Assembly (NCBI GenBank): GCA_020860515.1
Contig: JAJBUG010000029.1
Coordinates: forward strand, 7,413 to 71,412
Reading direction: 5' to 3'
DNA length: 64,000 nt
From: Bacteroidales bacterium
GTDB taxonomy: Bacteria > Bacteroidota > Bacteroidia > Bacteroidales > Muribaculaceae
The position numbers and the translations under genes are program-made. The notes beneath the pieces were generated by a model that saw only the letters and a list, made by a program, of their open reading frames with translations, was not told the origin of the DNA and searched no databases. Each line of letters begins with the position of its first letter. The stretch's first letter is position 1. Of the stretch, positions 57,603 to 64,000 are shown in pieces.

Positions 57603-58115
57603 ATGAAGACTGATAAATTTCAAGCTAACCTGATGGAGCTGCAGAGCAACTTGCTCAACTTTGCCTACATGTTGACTTCAAATCGCGACGACGCTTACGA
57701 CCTGCTTCAGGACACCACTCTCAAGGCCCTTGACAACCAGGACAAGTACGCCGACAACACCAATTTCAAAGGGTGGGTCTTCACGATTATGCGCAATATC
57801 TTCATCAACAATTATCGTCGAGCCTCCAGGGCGGCCACCATCGTTGATACCACCGAGAATCTCTATCATCTCAACCTGAGCCAGGATTCCGGGCTGACTG
57901 CTCCCGAGGGTTCGTTTACCACCCAGGAAATCACCGACGCTATCAACAACTTTGATGAGGACTACCGCATACCTTTCTCGATGCATGTGGCTGGCTATAA
58001 GTACAATGAGATAGCTGAGAAGATGAATCTTCCGCTTGGCACAGTGAAGAGCCGCATCTTCTTCGCCCGCAAGAAACTGCAGGAACGCTTCGCCGACTAC
58101 GCAAATGAGAAATGA
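57603..58115 (+). CDS. ECF-type RNA polymerase sigma factor
   Basis: DAYDLLQDTTLKAL, NFKGWVFTIMRNIFINNYRR, GYKYNEIAEKMNLPLGTVKSRIFFARK. A -7 element lies at 57507-57514. Confidence 0.93.
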   Translation: MKTDKFQANLMELQSNLLNFAYMLTSNRDDAYDLLQDTTLKALDNQDKYADNTNFKGWVFTIMRNIFINNYRRASRAATIVDTTENLYHLNLSQDSGLTAPEGSFTTQEITDAINNFDEDYRIPFSMHVAGYKYNEIAEKMNLPLGTVKSRIFFARKKLQERFADYANEK

Positions 58116-58180
58116 CAAATTACAAATGACAAACTATTAAATCTATTTTTAATTTGTAGTTTGCAGTTTTCCAAAAGAAT
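58116..58180. terminator. Heptamer-armed imperfect hairpin between convergent sigma and uvrC genes
   Basis: AAATTAC AAATGAC AAAC ... AATTTGTAG TTTGCAG TTT. Confidence 0.45.
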
Positions 58181-58232
58181 GATTTAAGGTAAAATAGATT
58201 GTTTTAGAGCTGCCATGTGTGAGGCGGCTCTA

Positions 58233-60047
58233 TTATTTTTTGCTTGCAAAGTATTCACGGAGGATAGCCGCTTTGGCGCGGCCAACTACCGAGGCAAGAT
58301 CATCCAGAGATGCTTCGGAGATGCGCTTTACACTCTTAAAATGCTGCAATAGCTGAGTCTGGGTTTTCTCTCCGATACCCTTTATGTTATCCAGTTCGCT
58401 TATTGTTTGGGATTTGCTTCGCTTGTTGCGATGATGTGTAATGCCGAATCTGTGAGCCTCGTCGCGCAGGTGTTGCACCACTCTTAGGCTTTCGCTCCCT
58501 TTGTCGATATACAGGGGGATGCTGTCTCCCGGGAAATATATTTCTTCGAGGCGTTTGGCAATTCCGACAACCGCAATCTTGCCTCTGAGCCCAATCTCTT
58601 CCAAGGCCTCCACAGCGCTGCTAAGCTGACCCTTGCCGCCATCAACCACGATGAGCTGGGGCAAATCGTCAGGAGCCTCAGCCATCAATCGAGTGTAGCG
58701 GCGCGTGAGTACCTCCTTCATCGAGGCGAAATCATCAGGACCTTCCACTGTCTTTATATTGAAATGACGGTAGTCTTTCTTACTGGGTTTACCATCGCGG
58801 AATACCACACACGATGCTACAGGATTGGTGCCTTGGATATTTGAATTATCAAAGCACTCGATATGCCTTGGCTGCACATCGAGGTGGAAATCTGCTTTCA
58901 TTCTCTCCATCAATCGCTCAGTGTGTTGCTCTGGGTCGAGCTTTTCCAAATGTTTCAGGTCATCGATTTTTTTCTGCTTGGCATTCCGCTGCGACACTTC
59001 GAGCAGCTTGGCTTTGTCGCCTCGCTGAGGCACGATAAAGCTCACGCCAGCCCATCCGATCTCAGGTACCACTGGCACGATCACTTCATCGTATTCAATG
59101 CCCAAATCCTCCTGTATTTCTCGCATGGCATAAGCCAGTAGCTCTTGCTGGGTCTCTTCCAATCGGCGCTTGTAGCGCAGGGTCACGCTGCGTACCACCG
59201 CGCCATGGCGCACATGCATGTAATTGATATATACATCGCGGTCATCATCTTCGATTCCGAACACATCAATCTCGTCGATTGTCTGGCTCACAATCACGCT
59301 CTTGCTTTGGTAATTCTCCAGCAATCGGTATTTCTCTTTCAGTTCCTGCGCTTCCTCGAATTTGAGTTGCATTGCCAGCTGCTCCATCTCCGATTTGAGA
59401 TAACGCATCAAATCCTGGGTTTCGCCACGCAGGATTTGCTTAATCTTTTCGATATACCCGTTGTACTCTTTGGGTGATATTCTGCCCACGCAGCAACCTT
59501 GGCATTTCTTCAAGTGGAAATCGAGGCAAAGCCTGCCCTTCTTTTTGTCAATATAGTCTTGGTCGATTGGGTGTCGGCAGCTTCTCACTGGATAGAGCTC
59601 GCGGATAAGGTCGAGCACCACACGGGCCACGCCCGTATTCGTGTAAGGCCCGTAATAGCGGCTGCCATCCTTGATGCGATGGCGAGTCATAAACACACGG
59701 GGATATAGCTCGCCAGTAACGGCAATCCATGGGTACGACTTGTCGTCCTTAAGCAGCACGTTGTAGCGTGGCTTGTATTCCTTGATCATGGAGTTCTCCA
59801 GATTCAGTGCGTCCTGCTCAGTAGGCACAACAATATAACTCATATCAGCGATTGCCCGCACCAGCAGGTTGGTGCGCAGCGAATCGTGGACATGGGTAAA
59901 ATAGGACGACACTCGGCGCTTGAGGTTCTTGGCCTTGCCAATATAAATTACCGTGCCGTCCTTGTCGTAGTATGTATAGACACCCGGAGTGTCAGGCAAG
60001 ATTGCAATCTTGGACTTTAGCTCGGGCGACTTTTCATGCATCGCCAT
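58233..60047 (-). CDS. uvrC: Excinuclease ABC subunit C
   Basis: PGVY.Y......VIYIGKAKNLKRRVSSYF, IECFDNSNIQG, VVDGGKGQL, LRDEAHRF, HhH GIGEKT. Confidence 0.97.
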   Translation of the reverse strand: MAMHEKSPELKSKIAILPDTPGVYTYYDKDGTVIYIGKAKNLKRRVSSYFTHVHDSLRTNLLVRAIADMSYIVVPTEQDALNLENSMIKEYKPRYNVLLKDDKSYPWIAVTGELYPRVFMTRHRIKDGSRYYGPYTNTGVARVVLDLIRELYPVRSCRHPIDQDYIDKKKGRLCLDFHLKKCQGCCVGRISPKEYNGYIEKIKQILRGETQDLMRYLKSEMEQLAMQLKFEEAQELKEKYRLLENYQSKSVIVSQTIDEIDVFGIEDDDRDVYINYMHVRHGAVVRSVTLRYKRRLEETQQELLAYAMREIQEDLGIEYDEVIVPVVPEIGWAGVSFIVPQRGDKAKLLEVSQRNAKQKKIDDLKHLEKLDPEQHTERLMERMKADFHLDVQPRHIECFDNSNIQGTNPVASCVVFRDGKPSKKDYRHFNIKTVEGPDDFASMKEVLTRRYTRLMAEAPDDLPQLIVVDGGKGQLSSAVEALEEIGLRGKIAVVGIAKRLEEIYFPGDSIPLYIDKGSESLRVVQHLRDEAHRFGITHHRNKRSKSQTISELDNIKGIGEKTQTQLLQHFKSVKRISEASLDDLASVVGRAKAAILREYFASKK

Positions 60048-60125
60048 AGACTATTTTTAGGATTAACAGAGAAAAGCCTTTTATTGTTCACCGTCTTCGA
60101 TGGTGTCTTTTTATCTATCACTTTT

Positions 60126-60239
60126 AACCCCACAATTCCGCTTCGCTACATTGTGGGGTTATCCTTATGGAGCATCTTCGATGTTATTCTAATTTCTCAC
60201 ATTGGGGGTATCCTTAGGGAGCATCTTCGATGTTATTTT
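60126..60239. repeat. REP-like hairpin plus ~50-bp direct repeat between apt and uvrC
   Basis: AACCCCACAAT-TCCGCTTCGCTAC-ATTGTGGGGTT (60126-60160); ACATTG(T)GGGGT(T)ATCCTTA(T/G)GGAGCATCTTCGATGTTATT at 60148 and 60199. Confidence 0.75.
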
Positions 60240-60756
60240 AGTATTCTATGAGAGAGGTGACGTCGGCATCGGCTGGCAGGGCGGCGCGGCCATTGAGGGC
60301 AGTGAGTTCGATTATGAAATTGATGTAAATCTTCTTCGGATTCATGCTCTTCACCAATTCGTAGGCGGCAGCCATGGTGCCACCTGTGGCCAGCACATCG
60401 TCGTGGATTACCACTACATCGTCGGGGCCGATAGCGTCGCGGTGCATCTCTATCACATCGGTGCCATATTCCTTGGCATATTCTTGGCGTACCACATCGG
60501 CGGGAAGCTTGCCTGGCTTGCGCGCTGGCACAAAACCTGCGCCGAGTTCGAAGGCGAGGATTGAACCGCAGATGAAGCCTCGGCTCTCGATGCCCACCAC
60601 CTTGGTCACGCCTTTGTCACGGTAGAGTTGGCTGAGGTCCCAGCCGATGATGTGGAGGGCGCGAGCGTCCTTGAACACGGTGGTGAGGTCGTAGAACATG
60701 ATGCCCTTGCTTGGGAAGTCGGGCACCGAACGGATTTTAGATTTGATGTATTCCAT
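60238..60756 (-). CDS. apt: Adenine phosphoribosyltransferase
   Basis: VPDFPSKGIMFYDLTT, GIESRGF, ARKPGKLP, IHDDVLATGGT. Confidence 0.95.
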   Translation of the reverse strand: MEYIKSKIRSVPDFPSKGIMFYDLTTVFKDARALHIIGWDLSQLYRDKGVTKVVGIESRGFICGSILAFELGAGFVPARKPGKLPADVVRQEYAKEYGTDVIEMHRDAIGPDDVVVIHDDVLATGGTMAAAYELVKSMNPKKIYINFIIELTALNGRAALPADADVTSLIEY

Positions 60757-60758
60757 AT

Positions 60759-60801
60759 TTTTGTGGTTTGGTGATTTTGTGATTTGGTGGTTTTGTGAAT
60801 C
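60759..60801. repeat. Octamer array immediately upstream of apt
   Basis: On minus: CACAAAAC CACCAAAT CACAAAAT CACCAAAC CACAAAAAT then ATG. Confidence 0.75.
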
Positions 60802-60854
60802 GGGAAAACGGGAAAACGAACTCCATCCGGGTGCAGGATGGGGAGAGGGCCGAT

Positions 60855-60870
60855 TGTTCCACGTGAAACA
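60855..60870. promoter_or_regulatory. parS site (ParB-binding)
   Basis: TGTTCCACGTGAAACA fits the consensus TGTTNCACGTGAAACA; lies just downstream of mnmG. Confidence 0.85.
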
Positions 60871-60873
60871 CGG

Positions 60874-62835
60874 TCAGCGACCCATCATCAACAGAAGTAT
60901 GTTGACGTCGCTCGGGCTGACGCCTGGGATTCGGCTGGCCTGCCCCACGGTCTCAGGCCGTATGCGCGCCAATTTCTGGCGAGCCTCAGTGCTGATCGCA
61001 TTGATGGAAAGATAGTCGAGCCTTGGGGAAAGTTTCACGCTTTCAAGCCGGTGGAGCTTGTCGGCAACTCCGCGTTCGCGGTCGATGTAGCCTTGGTACT
61101 TCACCATGATCTCTGCAGCCTCAACAATCTCCTCTCGCCGCTCAGCAGGGATTTCCATGCAAAGCTGGGCCAGTTCGCAAAATCTCTCGCGAAGGTCAGC
61201 CATGGCGATTGTCGGACGCGTCAGCAGGTCGTGTAGTCTTACGCCCTGGCGCAGCGGAGCGCTTCCTCTTTCCTCGAGCCATGAGTTTGTATCGGGCGTC
61301 GGTTTTACTGGGAAATCCTTAAGGAACTCCACGAGGCGGTCACGCCATTTACGCTTCTCTTCCATCAGCGCCAAGCGTTCGTCGGTTGCCAAACCGATTG
61401 AATGACCCAGAGGGGTAAGACGCATATCGGCATCGTCTTGACGAAGCAGTATGCGGTACTCGGCACGCGATGTAAACATGCGGTACGGTTCGTCCACGCC
61501 CTTTGTCACCAGGTCGTCGATCAGCACGCCTATATAGGCCTGGTCGCGGTCGAGGGTGAACTGCCCTCTTCCCAATGCGCGCAGCGCAGCGTTAGCTCCT
61601 GCCACCAGGCCTTGGCCTGCCGCCTCCTCATATCCGGTAGTGCCATTGATCTGGCCTGCGAAATAAAGATTGCGAACTAACTTAGTTTCAAGGGTGTGGA
61701 TAAGCTGCGTTGGATCGAAGAAGTCGTACTCGATAGCGTAGCCCGGCCGATAATACTGCGCCCCCGCCAAGGCAGGGATTGTATGGAGCGCATCGAACTG
61801 CACTTTCATTGGCAGCGACGATGAGAAGCCGTTGAGGTAAAATTCCTGGGTGTCCTCCCCTTCGGGTTCGATGAAAAGCTGGTGCTGTTCTTTGTCGGCG
61901 AAGGTCACAATCTTGGTTTCGATGCTGGGGCAATAGCGGGGACCGATGCTTTGTATCTGTCCGTTGTAGAGCGGTGATTCGGGGAGGCCCTGACGCAATA
62001 TCTCGTGGGTGTCGGGATTAGTGTAGCAGATATAGCAGTCGCGCTGCTTCAGCTCGCGCTTTACCCATGGCAGGTATGAAAACTTGTGAAAATCATCCTC
62101 GCCGCTTTGCGGCGTTGTGAGCGAGAAATCTATGGTGCGTCCGTCGATGCGCACAGGCGTACCAGTCTTCATGCGCCCCACCTCGAAGCCGAGCGCGCCA
62201 AGCTGTTCGGCAATGCCGTGGCTTGCCGGTTCGCCGATGCGGCCGCCAGGCATCATCTGGCGCCCGATGTGCATGAGGCCGTTAAGGAAGGTGCCATTGG
62301 TTAGCACCACGCACTTGGCGCGGAACTCCGCGCCCTGGGCCGTGTGCACACCCGCCACCCGAGGCAGCCCAGAGCTCTCGGGGTTATCAGAGTTCTCGGA
62401 GCTCTCTGAGTGCTCGGAGTGCTCGGAGTGCTCTGATTTAACAGCTGGCTCGATTATGAGGCTGGTCACAGAATCCTGCCATAAAGATAAATTTGGCGTA
62501 TTTTCGAGCAAATTGTGCCACGTGGAACAATATTTGTTCCTGTCACTCTGCGCTCTCGGACTCCACATAGCAGGGCCCTTTGAGCGATTCAACATTCTGA
62601 ACTGAATCGCAGTGCGGTCGGTGACAATTCCCATCATTCCGCCCAGCGCATCGATCTCGCGCACAATCTGCCCCTTGGCAATTCCGCCTATGGCGGGATT
62701 GCAACTCATCTGGGCCACTTTGTCGAGGTCCATCGTAATGAGCAGGGTGCGCGCTCCAATCTTTGCTGCGGCATGAGCCGCTTCGCAGCCAGCATGGCCT
62801 GCGCCAACCACTATGACGTCAAAATCAAAATTCAT
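60874..62835 (-). CDS. mnmG: tRNA uridine 5-carboxymethylaminomethyl modification enzyme MnmG (GidA)
   Basis: [53 protein letters not shown]. Start set at 62835 (MNFDFD). Confidence 0.97.
   Translation of the reverse strand: MNFDFDVIVVGAGHAGCEAAHAAAKIGARTLLITMDLDKVAQMSCNPAIGGIAKGQIVREIDALGGMMGIVTDRTAIQFRMLNRSKGPAMWSPRAQSDRNKYCSTWHNLLENTPNLSLWQDSVTSLIIEPAVKSEHSEHSEHSESSENSDNPESSGLPRVAGVHTAQGAEFRAKCVVLTNGTFLNGLMHIGRQMMPGGRIGEPASHGIAEQLGALGFEVGRMKTGTPVRIDGRTIDFSLTTPQSGEDDFHKFSYLPWVKRELKQRDCYICYTNPDTHEILRQGLPESPLYNGQIQSIGPRYCPSIETKIVTFADKEQHQLFIEPEGEDTQEFYLNGFSSSLPMKVQFDALHTIPALAGAQYYRPGYAIEYDFFDPTQLIHTLETKLVRNLYFAGQINGTTGYEEAAGQGLVAGANAALRALGRGQFTLDRDQAYIGVLIDDLVTKGVDEPYRMFTSRAEYRILLRQDDADMRLTPLGHSIGLATDERLALMEEKRKWRDRLVEFLKDFPVKPTPDTNSWLEERGSAPLRQGVRLHDLLTRPTIAMADLRERFCELAQLCMEIPAERREEIVEAAEIMVKYQGYIDRERGVADKLHRLESVKLSPRLDYLSINAISTEARQKLARIRPETVGQASRIPGVSPSDVNILLLMMGR
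62370..62436. repeat. In-frame 9-bp tandem repeat inside mnmG
   Basis: Encodes [21 protein letters not shown]; on plus GAGTGCTCG-type units. Confidence 0.85.
62514..62529. promoter_or_regulatory. parS-like site within the mnmG coding sequence
   Basis: TGTGCCACGTGGAACA, one mismatch from the palindrome TGTTCCACGTGGAACA; encodes CSTWH. Confidence 0.6.
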
Positions 62836-63268
62836 CTTTTCTAAGTTTGTTGAGGAGTTCAAGGGCAGCATCCTCGTTGGCCTCCATTATTTCGCGTTCG
62901 CCAGGCCCCTTGTCATTGATGCCGCAGAGATGCAGTATGCCATGTATGATCACTCGGTGCAGTTCGGTGTCATATTCTGCCCCTACCATCTCGGCATTGC
63001 TGCGCACGGTATCCAAACTTATCACCAAGTCGCCGCTGATGAGTTTGCCGCGCGAATAATCGAAGGTGATAATGTCGGTGTAATAGTCGTGCTGAAGAAA
63101 CTGGCGGTTTACAGCCAATATGTGTTCGTCGTCGCAGAAGAGGTAGCCCACGTCGCCAGTGATGCGACCATGAGTCTTAGCCACTTCGCGCACCCACCTT
63201 TCAAGAAGCGGGAAGCACAAAGTTGGCATTTGCGTATTTTTGCAATTCCAAGAAATCAGGCCTGGCAT
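62825..63268 (-). CDS. ybeY: rRNA maturation endoribonuclease YbeY
   Basis: [40 protein letters not shown] -7 element lies at 63291-63298. Confidence 0.95.
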   Translation of the reverse strand: MPGLISWNCKNTQMPTLCFPLLERWVREVAKTHGRITGDVGYLFCDDEHILAVNRQFLQHDYYTDIITFDYSRGKLISGDLVISLDTVRSNAEMVGAEYDTELHRVIIHGILHLCGINDKGPGEREIMEANEDAALELLNKLRKDEF

Positions 63269-63356
63269 AATTCAAATCAAAATTAACATACAAAGTTACG
63301 AAAATTTCCCATAATTTCAAAGACGAAAATCCACGAAGAAAAGAAAATTGACGAAG

Positions 63357-63440
63357 AAACGAAAATTTACGAATAAACGAGAATCAACCTTTTTTATAAA
63401 TTAAAGTCGTTGATTCTCGTGTGTTCGTTGATTTTCGTTT
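63357..63440. repeat. Palindromic element built from ACGAAAAT/ACGAGAATCA units
   Basis: ACGAGAATCAAC (63377-63388) and GTTGATTCTCGT (63409-63420) form a perfect stem that extends outward with a few mismatches. Confidence 0.8.
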
Positions 63441-63714
63441 CATTTCACCTATTTTACCAAAAATCAATATCCAACCTAAATCATTTTATTTTGTTGATTC
63501 TCAAATGTTTGTCGGATTTTTGAGCTTTTGAGATTTTAAAATTTGAAATTTTATTGACAATCATTCGGGAATTTTAGATTTTCAAAGGGTCAAAAATCCC
63601 CAACTATTTGCTATATTTGCAGTAAAGTTTTCACACCAACATAAAATCTGTGAAACTAATTTTCTCGTTAAGAGAAAACGCAAAAACGTAACTAAATTTT
63701 CAGTTAGCGACTCT

Positions 63715-64000
63715 ATGATCAGAGTGATGAACATACTCCCCGAAGGCACCGACCTCGCACCGAGGCTTCGGGAGATGTTGCGTAATTATGACACACTGTG
63801 CCAGGCACTCTCCCCTACCCTATTGGGCGCCTTCACCGCTGTAAAAATTGGCAGCGCTCTTGGCAAGGAAGTTTTCGATTGCATACACGCCTACAATCTC
63901 AAGGATGCCATGGCCGCAATTTCCGGACGCAAGATTTCCAAGGGAGGCCAGCCTAAAGTGGTGGTGGAGATTTCTCCCAACACAGAAATCCCCAAAAGCA
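63715..64000 (+). CDS. Hypothetical protein, 3'-partial at window edge
   Basis: Open frame MIRVMNILPEGTDLAPRLREMLRNYDTLCQALSPTLLGAF... continues to the window end; no family recognised. Confidence 0.5.
   Translation, partial: MIRVMNILPEGTDLAPRLREMLRNYDTLCQALSPTLLGAFTAVKIGSALGKEVFDCIHAYNLKDAMAAISGRKISKGGQPKVVVEISPNTEIPKS

Noticed and set aside
63300-63714. oriC in the AT-rich ybeY upstream region
   Set aside because: No cluster of DnaA boxes (TTATCCACA-like) was found; the region is explained by promoters and the palindromic repeat.
1-64000. rRNA or tRNA genes
   Set aside because: No intergenic stretch shows tRNA cloverleaf signatures (TTCGAATC with CCA-end context) or rRNA-like sequence on manual reading.

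Overview
Bacteroidales chromosomal window, probably Muribaculaceae-like; TAnnTTTG promoter elements, T9SS cargo proteins and the gene set support this. It probably lies near oriC, since there are two parS-like sites at mnmG. Core loci are sprE/porW, an NhaC-family transporter, a BtuF/BtuC-like pair, a glycogen cluster (debranching enzyme, GT4, GH57), sufBCDS, two ECF sigma loci, uvrC, apt, mnmG and ybeY. An accessory and partly decayed zone at about 16.7-35.8 kb holds a broken Fic gene, an orphan 3' half of comM, low-GC secreted paralogues sharing a conserved 5' module, a Schlafen/AlbA_2 protein, an AAA/PD-(D/E)XK protein, a G-tract-frameshifted C10 peptidase, T9SS adhesins and an IS1380 remnant. 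Two candidate novel systems stand out. (1) A family of intergenic elements built from inverted 7-8 bp tandem-repeat arms: one copy encloses a low-GC four-helix-bundle (23S-IVS/Avd-like) gene in a predicted 34-bp mRNA stem, one copy in the same operon is empty, and related arms bracket an ECF sigma gene and sufCD. (2) A minus-strand operon, TolC-like / MFP adaptor / TackOD1-type Zn-ribbon protein / processive GT2 / beta-propeller lipoprotein / UDP-HexNAc dehydrogenase, that looks like an uncharacterised synthase-dependent exopolysaccharide system. No rRNA, tRNA, CRISPR array or integrase was recognised. All family assignments are from motif recognition by eye, without database searches.
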